Below are positions 1 through 13,909 of a DNA stretch of 64,000 nucleotides, one piece after another. The DNA comes from Alphaproteobacteria bacterium. GTDB lineage: Bacteria > Pseudomonadota > Alphaproteobacteria > BOG-932 > Roseiterribacteraceae. Made by a program: the position numbers and the translations under genes. Location of the stretch: NCBI GenBank assembly GCA_035493715.1, contig DATJHU010000050.1, positions 2,481 through 66,480 of the forward strand, given 5' to 3'. Numbering within the stretch: position 1 is the first letter of the stretch; each line of letters starts with the position of its first letter. Under the pieces are notes generated by a model. That model was not told the DNA's origin. It was given only the letters and a program-made list of their open reading frames with translations, and made no database searches.

Positions 1-429
1 CGGGAACAGGAAGGCGATCGCCACCATGGCGAGGCCCGATATCCAGCCGCTGCCCACACCCTGGACCAGCCGCCCGGCCAGGAACGCGCCCATGTTCGGC
101 GCGGCGGCCGACAGGACGCAGCCCAGCGCGAAGGCGGCGGCGGAGAGCAAGGTCGCCCGCTTCAACCCCAGCACCTCCGATATCCAGCCGGCGCTGGTGC
201 CGGCGACGATGGCGCCGACCAGGAAGGCCGCCACCGCCCAGCTGAAATATTGATAGCCCTGCAGGCTGCGCCCCACGCTGGGCATGATCGTCGCGGTGAC
301 CAGCGTGTCGGACGCGTTCATCCACACGGCGAAGCAGATCAGCAGGAAGCGCGGCAGCCGCCCCTCGGCCCGCAGGTCGGCCCAGCTGGACTGATCGGCC
401 CTTGCGGATTGGGCGGTGCTGTCGCTCAA
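1..429 (-). CDS. MFS transporter, N-terminal part (runs off window start)
   Basis: Manual minus-strand translation from TTG at 429: MSDSTAQ...RFLLICFAVWMNASDTLVTATIMPSV...FLAGRLVQGVGSG; hydrophobic helices and DHA-type GRxxQGxG motif. Confidence 0.8.
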   Translation of the reverse strand, partial: MSDSTAQSARADQSSWADLRAEGRLPRFLLICFAVWMNASDTLVTATIMPSVGRSLQGYQYFSWAVAAFLVGAIVAGTSAGWISEVLGLKRATLLSAAAFALGCVLSAAAPNMGAFLAGRLVQGVGSGWISGLAMVAIAFLFP

Positions 430-685
430 CGTGAAGATCCTTGCGGTAGGCCGGGACGGTAGGCGGTGGGCGGCAACCGGCGGGCGGTCTGGGTCGCCGG
501 CCGGCCAGGATACTGTCTAACAGGTGCCCCAACTTGCCTCCAACCGCACGGAAGCCTGCGCGGAAAGCGGGCATCCTCGAATGGCCCGCAATAAAATCAC
601 TATATACTCACTGCGTCTTATGGTTGTTGTTGACATCAATGGGGATTGCGATGGCTGGCCGCCAAACTAGGTCCGATTGATCCGA

Positions 686-4801
<4,116 letters not shown>

Positions 4802-4876
4802 TACCGGCCGTCGGCGCAGATCGGCGCGCAGATCCCGCACGCCGCGCCCCGGGCGCCGGCGCAACAGAAGGCGGCG

Positions 4877-5101
4877 ATGCGGCGAGCTCTGCCGGCCGGC
4901 ATCTGCTTCGTCCTCGGCATCGCCGTGCGCACCCGCCCGGGCCTCAGCGGTATGGATGCATTCGGGAAAGCCGTACTGGACAAGGCGCCGGGATACGCCT
5001 TTGTGCGCGGCATGGTGCATCGGCCGGCGGGACGGAGCCGGGAACACAGGCCGGAACGGGCGCTGGTCGAGATCGAGGAGGCGCTGGAGCGCAGGCGATG
5101 A
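4877..5101 (+). pseudogene. Probable DUF502-family remnant
   Basis: ICFVLGIAVRTRPG...VLDKAPGYAFVRGMV...ALVEIEEAL resembles the middle of DUF502 membrane proteins; both ends are missing. Confidence 0.45.
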
Positions 5102-5135
5102 AGAAGGCTGCCGAGCCGCCCGTGCAACTGCGCTG

Positions 5136-5178
5136 ACAGAGGCGGCGAGCGGCGCGTTTGCGTGCTCGCCGCCTCTGT
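5136..5178 (-). terminator. Strong GC hairpin downstream of 5182-7233
   Basis: ACAGAGGCGGCGAGC / GCTCGCCGCCTCTGT perfect 15-bp inverted repeat just past the stop codon; no clear U-tract. Confidence 0.6.
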
Positions 5179-5181
5179 GGA

Positions 5182-7233
5182 TTACCCTTTAACCGGCGGC
5201 GGCAATCCAAGGGTGTAGAAGCCAGGCGTCGTTCCGGACTGCGGCCGGGAAACCTGGTTGGTGCTGTTGCACCAGTCCGCGGGTTGAACGAAGCCGGGTT
5301 TTGTCGGGCATGACACCACCGTCTTGTCGAAGAAATCCGGGGGCTTTACCTCGTGGGCCGGCCAGATCGCCTTCTGCGGGAGTGTGGTTCCCGGGATCTG
5401 GGCCTTCAGGACAACGACCTGATATTTGCGGCCTTTGCTGTCTTCGAAGGTCAAGGGGCAAGGATGGCTTGCGTCGATCTTTTGCGCCGTCGGGCTGACC
5501 CCGATCACCGGACCTGTCCCGTAATTCTCAGCCGCGAACGGGACGTCGGCGGTCTGGCTGCAGATGCCGTATTTCGTCCAATAGGCATCCGTCTTTCCCG
5601 GCGTTCCCAGGCCGATCGAGAAATCATACCACTGGAACGGCTCGGGCAGCGGCGGCGCGTGCGGTGTCCCGTTGACCAGCCCTTTGGGGCCGCCGACGGC
5701 GAAGATCAGCCCGCCGGGGACATTGACGCCGCTGTTGTTCAGGTAGCTGGCATGGTCGTCGATCGAGAACGCATAGGAGCTTGAGTCAAGTCCGCCATCC
5801 GCGACGGCATCGTGGATCAGCTGGGTGTAGGGGTTGAACCATTGCGGCTTGTACTTCTGCAGCGTCTGATAATTGTACTGCATCCCGTTGTAGTCGATGA
5901 TCCCATGGCTACCCGGCGGCAGGTCGGAAGCGACCGGTAGCTCCGGGTTCGGACAGGCGACATTGAACGGCACCCAGCCATAGACGAAGAACAGATAGGC
6001 CGTCAGCTTCGGCAGGCCGGTAGTGCCCACGGGTTTCAGGTAATTCGGGATCTGGTCGCAGTTCTTCGCATAGACCTTGTAGTTGGCCTTGAATATGGAA
6101 TCGACCAGCTTGTAGCCGTCATCCTGCGCGCAGGTCTTGGGTGAATCCGACGTGCAGTCGGTCCACTGGTTGAGCATGCTCTGCACGAGTTGCGGCGGCT
6201 TGTCCGGAAGGATCGCCGGCGTCTGCCCGTCGGGGAAAAGCTGGGGATTCATATAGAAGGCGAACACCGACTGGGCCGCCGGCACCCTGACGCCGGCATT
6301 GGGATACATCTTGGCGCCCTTGACGATCGGATTGTTGTAGACGGGCCAGGTATCGCCGCCATTGGCGAAGTTGTTCAGCTGCTTCCTGAACTGGGCGACG
6401 TTCATGACAGTGCCCATGTAGCCGACATTCGCCGGATCGCGGACCGGCTCCATCGCCAGCGGCAGATAGATCTGATCGACGTTCGAGACGTTGTAGCCCT
6501 GGTTGAAATCGATGAAGTCGCCGCCCTTCGTCCCGTTGTCGATCACCTTCTTCACGTTGGCGAAGGTGTATTCGTTCAGCTGGAAGGGCAGATGCGGATC
6601 GACCGGCTTCAAGACCTGGAAGATCTGAATGACGCTGCACCCGTTGCCGTCCATGGCCGTGTTGCAGCGCGGCTTCGGCGAGCTGGCCGCGAAGAGGACC
6701 TGGGGCTTGGTATTCTGGCCGTCATAGAGCTCCTGGAAAGCCGTCTTGTCGTCGAAAAGGATCACGCGGCCGCCGCGCCACCAGTCGACATAGGTATCGT
6801 CGGCCTTGCCCGCGCGCTTGGACCACCAGGGCAGCTTGATCGAGACGAAACCGCCCTTGAGAATGCCTGCCGAGGGATTGACGAAGGCGTAATAGTCGTG
6901 GTGAACGGCGAAACAATCGTCGGTCTTGCCGAGCGCGGCCTGCAGCCACACATCGCCGCCGCCCTTCCCCGCCAGCGTGCAGTTCAGCGCATCCGTCAGC
7001 TGCTTGCCGGCCTGGATGACAGGCCAGAGCGTGCGGGCCGTATTGTTGTAGATCCGGAGTTCCTTGGTGCAGGCGACCGGAAACGCGCCGCCGTCATCCG
7101 GGCAGATCGTTGCCACGGTGACTGTCGCGTTGGCCGCAGCGGCCCTGCCGGGAGACACTCCGAAACAGCACGCAGCCATGAGGATGCAGAATGCGAGCCT
7201 CAGGATGCAACGACCGGTCGATGCAGACACCAT
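5182..7233 (-). CDS. Secreted Cys-rich protein, GH64/thaumatin-like beta-glucanase candidate (paralog 1)
   Basis: Signal peptide; motifs QLNEYTF, YNVSNVDQIYLPLAMEP, FNPYTQLIH, YAFSIDD; strong codon bias. CDS certain, product inferred. Confidence 0.6.
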   Translation of the reverse strand: MVSASTGRCILRLAFCILMAACCFGVSPGRAAAANATVTVATICPDDGGAFPVACTKELRIYNNTARTLWPVIQAGKQLTDALNCTLAGKGGGDVWLQAALGKTDDCFAVHHDYYAFVNPSAGILKGGFVSIKLPWWSKRAGKADDTYVDWWRGGRVILFDDKTAFQELYDGQNTKPQVLFAASSPKPRCNTAMDGNGCSVIQIFQVLKPVDPHLPFQLNEYTFANVKKVIDNGTKGGDFIDFNQGYNVSNVDQIYLPLAMEPVRDPANVGYMGTVMNVAQFRKQLNNFANGGDTWPVYNNPIVKGAKMYPNAGVRVPAAQSVFAFYMNPQLFPDGQTPAILPDKPPQLVQSMLNQWTDCTSDSPKTCAQDDGYKLVDSIFKANYKVYAKNCDQIPNYLKPVGTTGLPKLTAYLFFVYGWVPFNVACPNPELPVASDLPPGSHGIIDYNGMQYNYQTLQKYKPQWFNPYTQLIHDAVADGGLDSSSYAFSIDDHASYLNNSGVNVPGGLIFAVGGPKGLVNGTPHAPPLPEPFQWYDFSIGLGTPGKTDAYWTKYGICSQTADVPFAAENYGTGPVIGVSPTAQKIDASHPCPLTFEDSKGRKYQVVVLKAQIPGTTLPQKAIWPAHEVKPPDFFDKTVVSCPTKPGFVQPADWCNSTNQVSRPQSGTTPGFYTLGLPPPVKG

Positions 7234-7309
7234 GTCAGGGTCCCTCCCTTTAGTTCATCTTACGATGGTCCGCGGATCCGAATTAAATTATACTAACTGT
7301 ACAATACCG

Positions 7310-7323
7310 GCAATTGAATTGCA
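7310..7323 (-). promoter_or_regulatory. Upstream motif GCAATTGAATTGCA shared by both paralogs
   Basis: Begins 77 nt upstream of the ATG at 7233; the equivalent GCAATTGAAAATGCA begins 77 nt upstream of the ATG at 9636. Confidence 0.5.
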
Positions 7324-7517
7324 CCATATCACGTAGACTTCATGGGGTTTTGGTAATCGGGGCGATCGGGAAAATCCCGATAATTATTTATTAATTATTT
7401 ATCTATTGAGATCTGACGCAGGAAGACCTGTCGGCTGAACGCCGGACGCCCGGTGAGGGCAGGAACCGCCGTCTAAAGTGCGGCCACGTCCTATTTCTGA
7501 AAGACGCTCTGAGACTA

Positions 7518-7559
7518 CGGGCGGGGCAAGCAGCGCGATTGCGCTGCCCGCCCCGCCCG
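7518..7559 (-). terminator. GC hairpin downstream of 7573-9636
   Basis: CGGGCGGGGC-AA-GCAGCGC GATT GCGCTGC-CC-GCCCCGCCCG. Confidence 0.55.
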
Positions 7560-7572
7560 CAGGCTGATTGGG

Positions 7573-9636
7573 TCACGGCAAGGGCTGCCGGGCGGAGATG
7601 GTGTTGAATCCCGGTTCGTTCCCCTTTTGCGGCCGGGCAACCTGGTTGGTGTAAACGCACCAATCCTTTGCCGGAACGAAGCCCGCTTTGTCCGGACAAC
7701 TCATCACGGCATGGTCGTAGTCGTCGGGCTTACCCACCTCGTGGGCCGGCCAGATCGGCTTCTGCGGAAGCGTTGTCCCCGGGGCATTCGCCTTCAGAAC
7801 GATGAACTGATATTTCCTGCCCTTGCTGTCCTCAAGCGTTATCGGGCAGGGATTCTGGGCGTTGATCTTGTGCACGGCAGGATCGACGCCCCACGACAGG
7901 CCGAGACCGTAGGTCTCTTCCGCGAAAGGGATGTTCGCTGTTTCGCTGCAGATGCCGTATTTCGTCCAATACGCTTCACCCTTCGCAGGGGTGCCCAAGC
8001 CGATCGCGAAGTCGTACCAATTGAAATACTCCTTCAGCGGCGGAGCGTGCGGTTTGCCGTTCACCAGCCCATGGGGGCCGCCGACGGCGAAGATCAGCCC
8101 GCCGGTTAGCTTGCCGCCGCTGTTGTTCAGGTAACTGGCGCGGTCGTCGACCGAGAACGCGTAGGCGCTGGCGGCGAGACCGCCGTCCGCGATGTCGGCA
8201 TGAATCAGATGCGTGTAGGGGTTGAACCACTGTCCGGGGAGTTTGGCCAGCGGTTGATAGTTATATTGCATCTCGTTGTAGTCGACGACCGAGTGGCCCC
8301 CTAATGGAGGGAGGCCGGCGATTGTCGGCAGCTCACCGCCGCAGGCGGCGTCGAACGGCACCCAGCCATAGATATAAGCCAGATAAGCAAGCCGCTTCGG
8401 CAGGCCCGTCTGGCCCACCGGCTTCAGGAAGTCCGGAATGTTCGTGCAATTGTCGGTATAGCTTTTGTAATTTTTCCGGAAGACCGCATCGACATCCTTG
8501 TAGTAGGCGGACTGCACGCATCCGACCGGCGAAGCCTTCGTGCAATCGTTCCACTGCTCGATCATGGCGTCGACGAGCTTTGGCGGGGTTTTCGGAACCA
8601 GTATGTCCGTCTTCCCGTCGGGAAACTTGCCCGGGTTCATATAGTAGGCAAACACGCTGTACGCTGCGGGAAGTCTGATGCCGGCGGTGGGATAGGCCCT
8701 CTTGCCGCCTTCAACGACAGGATTGTTGTAGACCGGCCAGACCGGATTCGCCGGGGTCTTGACGAAACGGGTCAGTCGCTGCCGGAATTCAGGGACGGTC
8801 GCGATAGTGCCCATGTAGCCGACATTCGCCGGATCGCGGACGGGTTCCATCGCGAGCGGCAGATAGATCTGGTCGACGTTCGAGACGTTGTAGCCCTGGT
8901 TCATGGTGATCAATTCACCGCCCGCCTTGCCTGCATCGATGACCTTCGAGACATCGGCAAAGGTGTATTCGTTCAGCTGGAACGGCATGTGCGGGTCGAT
9001 CGCGGTTCCAGGTTTGACCTGCGCGATGAACAGATCCTCATTCTTGCAAAGATTCTTATCCGGCACGTTGGCGTTGGGCGCGCTGCAACGTGGCGTCTGC
9101 GTGTCCGGGGCAAAGGCGACCGGATTTTTCTGGTGGACGCTCCAAGCCTCGGTGAAGGCCGTCTTGTCATCGAAAAGGATGACGCGCCCGCCACGCCACC
9201 AGTCGATGTACTTGTCGACACCGGTTGTCTTGGACCACCAGGGCAACTTGATCGAAACGTAGCCGCCTTTGGGAATGCCGGTCTTGGGATTGATGAAGAT
9301 GTAATAATCGTTGGTGATCTTGAAGCAGCTGTCTTTCCTGCCGAACGCGGCCTGAAGCCAAACATCGCCACCGCTTTTGGGGTCGTCCCCCTTCTTCAGG
9401 CATCCGAGCGCGTCCGCCAGCTGGATGCTGCCCTGGACGACAGCCCAGAGCGGGCGGGGTGTGTTGTTGTAGATCCGGATTTCCTTGGTGCAGGCGGGCC
9501 GAAGCGGGTTTCCGTCGTCGGGACAGGGCGGATCCACGGGAGCGGCCTTAGCAGAGCCGGCTCCAAAGCAGCACGCTGCCACGAACATGCACGCGACGAG
9601 CCGCAGCATGCGACGACCGGTTAACGTCCGCACCAT
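7573..9636 (-). CDS. Secreted Cys-rich protein, GH64/thaumatin-like beta-glucanase candidate (paralog 2)
   Basis: Collinear with 5182-7233; identical block NQGYNVSNVDQIYLPLAMEPVRDPANVGYMGT; signal peptide; start MVRTL at 9636 chosen by alignment with paralog 1. Confidence 0.6.
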   Translation of the reverse strand: MVRTLTGRRMLRLVACMFVAACCFGAGSAKAAPVDPPCPDDGNPLRPACTKEIRIYNNTPRPLWAVVQGSIQLADALGCLKKGDDPKSGGDVWLQAAFGRKDSCFKITNDYYIFINPKTGIPKGGYVSIKLPWWSKTTGVDKYIDWWRGGRVILFDDKTAFTEAWSVHQKNPVAFAPDTQTPRCSAPNANVPDKNLCKNEDLFIAQVKPGTAIDPHMPFQLNEYTFADVSKVIDAGKAGGELITMNQGYNVSNVDQIYLPLAMEPVRDPANVGYMGTIATVPEFRQRLTRFVKTPANPVWPVYNNPVVEGGKRAYPTAGIRLPAAYSVFAYYMNPGKFPDGKTDILVPKTPPKLVDAMIEQWNDCTKASPVGCVQSAYYKDVDAVFRKNYKSYTDNCTNIPDFLKPVGQTGLPKRLAYLAYIYGWVPFDAACGGELPTIAGLPPLGGHSVVDYNEMQYNYQPLAKLPGQWFNPYTHLIHADIADGGLAASAYAFSVDDRASYLNNSGGKLTGGLIFAVGGPHGLVNGKPHAPPLKEYFNWYDFAIGLGTPAKGEAYWTKYGICSETANIPFAEETYGLGLSWGVDPAVHKINAQNPCPITLEDSKGRKYQFIVLKANAPGTTLPQKPIWPAHEVGKPDDYDHAVMSCPDKAGFVPAKDWCVYTNQVARPQKGNEPGFNTISARQPLP

Positions 9637-9712
9637 GTGAGGTCCTTTCACTTCCCTTATTTGTCGATTGCTTCCCAGGCGATGGGCAAACTAGACCACC
9701 GGCAAAACGCCC

Positions 9713-9727
9713 GCAATTGAAAATGCA
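9713..9727 (-). promoter_or_regulatory. Upstream motif GCAATTGAAAATGCA (copy 2)
   Basis: Same offset from the start codon as the copy at 7310. Confidence 0.5.
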
Positions 9728-9762
9728 ATAACATCCGCCCTGGGCTTACAGCGACTGGCCGC

Positions 9763-9876
9763 ACCGACGTCTCGCCGCCCACCCGGCTGGCCTACAAGAC
9801 GCACGCCGACTTCATACCGGGCGCTGCGCCCTACGAGGTGGCGACCGTGGTCACGCTGCAGCCTGTTGCCGGTGAC
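9763..9876 (+). pseudogene. SRPBCC/AHSA1-like internal fragment
   Basis: TDVSPPTRLAYKTHADFIPGAAPYEVATVVTLQPVAGD resembles the E-V-x-P-P-x-R-L-x-Y ... T-x-V-T-F segment of AHSA1 proteins; no start or C-terminus. Confidence 0.45.
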
Positions 9877-10003
9877 GCTGTCGGCCGGCCGTCGAGCCGG
9901 ACCGTCGACGGCAGCCGCGAGGCGGCGCCCAATCTCAGTTGTCGCCACCCCGGCCCGCCCGGCGTATCATCCGGGAAAAACCAGGCCGGGAGGAAATTGC
10001 ACC

Positions 10004-11209
10004 ATGGCAGACGACGCGGAGATTTCGCCGATCGCCACCGAGCATCTGTTCAGCCGGAATCCGGGCGAACGCTATGCCGCCTTTGCCGAGCTGCGCGGGA
10101 CCTGCCCCATGCATCGCCTGCCGGGCGGGGAACTGTTCGCCGTCAGCCATCTGGCCAACAGCGAGGGTATCCGCGCGGTCGAGCATTTCGCCGGCACCTT
10201 CTCCGACAGCGGCGCGCTGCCCGCCGAAGACATCATCCTGGCGGGGGTGCCCGAACCGAAGCACAGCGACCTGCGGCGCGTCTTCCTGTCGGCGCTGACC
10301 GATTTCGCCCGGCACGAACCGTTCATCCGCGATCTCACGGAAACGCTGGTGGACGACACCGTACGGGCCGCCGCGCGGGACGGCGCGGTCGACCTGATGG
10401 AGGGGCTGGCGCGCCCGCTACCGAGCGCCGTCATCGCCCGGCTGCTGGGCCTGCCGATGGACGATGTGCATCAGTTTGCGCGCTGGACCGACGAGTTGCT
10501 GGACCGGCAGGGATCGGCGACGAGCGGCAACACCGCCCTGGTCGACCTGCACCCGGACTTTGCCGCCTATCTGGCCGCGCATATCCAGGCCCGTCTGGAC
10601 AGCGCCGATCCGCCGGACGACGTGATCACCCGCTTCACGCGGGCGGAGCTGGACGGCGCGCCGCTTTCCGTCCGCGCGATCCAGACCCAGATGATGTTCT
10701 TCGTCGTCGCAGGCAACGGCACCACCCGCGACCTGATCGGCAACCTGCTGACCTATCTGACGGCCGATCCCGCGCTGTACCGGGCGATAGCGCAGGATCG
10801 CGCCCGGATTCCGGCGGTCGTCGAGGAGGTGCTGCGGATCGACTCGCCGGTGCAGCTGCTGGCGCGCAACTGCGTCGCCGACATCACGCTGGACGGGGTT
10901 AAGGTCAAACCCGGCGAGCGCGTGCTGTTCTCCATTGCCTCGGCCAACCGCGACGCGCGGGTGTGGGCGGAGCCCGACACGCTGCGCCCCGACCGCGAGA
11001 AGGGCCGCGCGCACCTGGCCTTCGGCGCCGGCCCGCATATCTGCCCGGCTGCGGGCCTGGCACGGCTGGAGGCGAAGATCGCGGCGGAGGTGCTGCTGGA
11101 CCGGGTCGCCGCGCTGGCCTTCCCGCCCGACCGCGTACCGGATCCCAACCCGGTGGTCTGGGCCAACGGCCCGCAGACGCTGCGCGTGCTGCTGACGCCG
11201 CGGAAGTAA
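10004..11209 (+). CDS. Cytochrome P450
   Basis: Heme ligand loop HLAFGAGPHICP, ExxR (EVLR), I-helix AGNGTT, SANRD; GGAGG RBS before ATG 10004. Confidence 0.93.
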   Translation: MADDAEISPIATEHLFSRNPGERYAAFAELRGTCPMHRLPGGELFAVSHLANSEGIRAVEHFAGTFSDSGALPAEDIILAGVPEPKHSDLRRVFLSALTDFARHEPFIRDLTETLVDDTVRAAARDGAVDLMEGLARPLPSAVIARLLGLPMDDVHQFARWTDELLDRQGSATSGNTALVDLHPDFAAYLAAHIQARLDSADPPDDVITRFTRAELDGAPLSVRAIQTQMMFFVVAGNGTTRDLIGNLLTYLTADPALYRAIAQDRARIPAVVEEVLRIDSPVQLLARNCVADITLDGVKVKPGERVLFSIASANRDARVWAEPDTLRPDREKGRAHLAFGAGPHICPAAGLARLEAKIAAEVLLDRVAALAFPPDRVPDPNPVVWANGPQTLRVLLTPRK

Positions 11210-11234
11210 CAGGGCCAGCCGAACGGACTTTCAG

Positions 11235-11659
11235 TCAGCCCAGCAACTGCGTCGGCACCGCAAGGACCAGGCCCGCGCCGGCCAAGCGCCGGTCAAGCGT
11301 ATGGACGGTTGCGCCTGATTCGGACGCGACGGCGAGATGAACCGCGTCGGCCGCCCGCAGGCCGAGCGCGTGCTGGTCGACGAACTTAGCGGCAGCCCGG
11401 AAATGGCGGCCGGTGACCGGCAGGACGACAAGGCTCTCCACCACCAAGCTGTTGAATGTCGCTAGCGCCGCAGCGCGCTGGTCCAGCGTGATTTGACCGC
11501 TACGAAGCTTGATCGCGAAGGCCGACGAGAGTTCAGTGATCGTCCAGTCGCTTATCGTAAGCTGCGCCGGATCCTGCGCAGCGAGCCACGTTTGCACCCG
11601 CGCCGTCGCAGGCTCATTGGAAAGCGCAGCGACAACCAGCGACGTATCGAGATAGAGCA

Positions 11660-11660
<1 letters not shown>
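11235..11660 (-). CDS. vapC: VapC family PIN-domain toxin
   Basis: [30 protein letters not shown] acidic PIN motifs. Confidence 0.9.
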
Positions 11661-12004
<344 letters not shown>

Positions 12005-12012
12005 GTATTGCC

Positions 12013-12342
12013 ATGATGCAGACCAATCAGATCGATGCCGTGATGCGCACCCTCGCCGACCCGACGCGGCGGGCGGTGTTCGAACGGATCGTGAAGTCGG
12101 AGGAGATCACCGTCGCCGAGCTGACGCGCGGCAGCGGGGTGACGCAATCCGCCATCTCGCAGCATCTGCGCCAGCTGAAGCAGGCAGGCCTGATCGCCGA
12201 CCGGCCGGAAGGGCGGAACGTGCATTACCGCGCCGACCCGATGGGGCTCGCCCCACTGGTCGATTGGATGGCGGTCTATGGCGTCTTCTGGCGCGACCGC
12301 TTCGCAAACCTGAGAGCATTGCTGAAGGAGATCGATCCATGA
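12013..12342 (+). CDS. ArsR/SmtB family transcriptional regulator
   Basis: LADPTRRAVFE, VTQSAISQHLRQLKQAGL, EGRNVHY. Confidence 0.92.
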   Translation: MMQTNQIDAVMRTLADPTRRAVFERIVKSEEITVAELTRGSGVTQSAISQHLRQLKQAGLIADRPEGRNVHYRADPMGLAPLVDWMAVYGVFWRDRFANLRALLKEIDP

Positions 12343-12800
12343 GTGCAGTCGCACAGGCATTCGAGACATGCGAGATCGTCGTCGACGAGGTGTTCCCGCA
12401 TGCGCCGGAACTGTTGTGGAGGGCGCTGACCACCGGGGCTCTGATCGAACGCTGGCTCAAGATGAAGCCGACGGGATTCGCCGCCGCGGTGGGTACGGAA
12501 TTCACGTTCCAGACGACGCCGGCAGGGCCGTGGGACGGGCGCATACGCTGTGAAATCCTGGAGTCCGTGCCGAACCGGCGCCTCGTCTATAGCTGGAAGA
12601 GCGGCGATGAAACCAATGTCGGCTACGGCTCGGCGCTATCCACCATCGTCACCTTCACGCTGACTAAGGTCGCGGACGGCACGCGGCTGATGCTGGTTCA
12701 TTCCGGCTTCGTCCTGCCCAGGAACGAGACCGCCTACACCAGCATGAACGGCGGCTGGAAAACGGTGCTCGGCCGGATGGCCGAGATCGCCGGCGAATGA
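12339..12800 (+). CDS. SRPBCC/AHSA1 domain protein
   Basis: HAPELLWRALT, VPNRRLVYSW, VTFTL...GTRLMLVHSGF, GGW; ATGA overlap with ArsR. Confidence 0.88.
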   Translation: MSAVAQAFETCEIVVDEVFPHAPELLWRALTTGALIERWLKMKPTGFAAAVGTEFTFQTTPAGPWDGRIRCEILESVPNRRLVYSWKSGDETNVGYGSALSTIVTFTLTKVADGTRLMLVHSGFVLPRNETAYTSMNGGWKTVLGRMAEIAGE

Positions 12801-12820
12801 CTGAAGGAAGGATTCAAGCC

Positions 12821-13576
12821 ATGAACACCCCCCTGCCCCAGAAGACGCCCGCGATCGTATCGCCGAAAGACTGGGAAACGGCGCGCGAGCAGCTTCTCGT
12901 CAAGGAGAAGGAAATGACCCGCGCCCGCGACGCGCTGGCCGCCGAGCGCCGGCGGATGCCGTGGATGGCGGTCGATAAATCCTATGCGTTCGACGGGCCG
13001 GCGGGGAAAGTCAGCCTGCTGGACCTGTTCGACGGACGGCGGCAGCTGATCGTCTATCGCGCTTTCTTCGAGCCCGGCGTGCATGGGTGGCCGGCGCATG
13101 GCTGCATCGGCTGCTCGCTCGGCGCCGACCAGGTCTCCAACCTCGCACACCTGAACGCGCGCGGCACGACCCTGGTCTATGCCTCGCGCGCCCCGCAGGC
13201 CGACATCGCCCGGCTGAAGGCGCGGATGGGTTGGGAACACATTCCCTGGTACACGATCACCGACGGCTTCGACGCCGATTTCGGCGTCGACGAATGGCAC
13301 GGCCACAATGCCTTCATCCGTGACGGCGACCGCATCTTCCGCACCTATTTCATCAACGGCCGCGGCGACGAGGCGATGGGCACCGTCTGGAGCTATCTCG
13401 ACATGACGGCGCTCGGCCGCCAGGAGATCTGGGAAGATTCGCCCAAGGGCTATCCGCAGAGCCGCCCCTACAAATGGTGGAACTGGAACGATAGCTATGT
13501 CCCTGGCGCCGCGCCCGACCCGGAATGGGTCAAGGTGTCGGACGCCGGAGAGGCTGCCTTCCGCAAGGACGGCTAG
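12821..13576 (+). CDS. DUF899 thioredoxin-like protein
   Basis: LLVKEKEMTRARDALAAERRRMPW, LLDLFDGRRQLIVY, GCIGCS, GRQEIWEDSP. Confidence 0.9.
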   Translation: MNTPLPQKTPAIVSPKDWETAREQLLVKEKEMTRARDALAAERRRMPWMAVDKSYAFDGPAGKVSLLDLFDGRRQLIVYRAFFEPGVHGWPAHGCIGCSLGADQVSNLAHLNARGTTLVYASRAPQADIARLKARMGWEHIPWYTITDGFDADFGVDEWHGHNAFIRDGDRIFRTYFINGRGDEAMGTVWSYLDMTALGRQEIWEDSPKGYPQSRPYKWWNWNDSYVPGAAPDPEWVKVSDAGEAAFRKDG

Positions 13577-13579
13577 GCG

Positions 13580-13873
13580 ATGCCCGGCATGATCGGCGAC
13601 ACGGCCGAGGTCATCGGCCTGGCCGCCGCGCCGACCTTTGCGATCATGGCGCTGCTGACACGGCTTGATGACGGCGGCCTGCCGGCGATGTTGTGCTCCG
13701 CGCAGGACGGCTCGCTCTTGGGCGGGATGCTGCCGATGTATCTGCTGATGGCCGCCTTCCATTCGCCACCCTGGCTGAGGCTGATCATTCGCCGACGAAA
13801 GGGCACAGCCGCAAAGCCCGGATCGCGCCGCCAAAATCCCCGGCCGGAACGGACTGCCTCACCGGCCCGTTGA
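13580..13873 (+). CDS. Small membrane protein typically found after DUF899 genes
   Basis: LAAAPTFAIMALL...GGMLPMYLLMAAFHSPPWL; directly follows DUF899. Confidence 0.65.
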   Translation: MPGMIGDTAEVIGLAAAPTFAIMALLTRLDDGGLPAMLCSAQDGSLLGGMLPMYLLMAAFHSPPWLRLIIRRRKGTAAKPGSRRQNPRPERTASPAR

Positions 13874-13909
13874 TCGGGCAAGGCCCGCATCGGGCCGGGA
13901 GAAGAACGC

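Noticed and set aside
7307-7327. Upstream motif as a sigma54 promoter
   Set aside because: GG to GC spacing on the minus strand is 12 nt rather than the required 10
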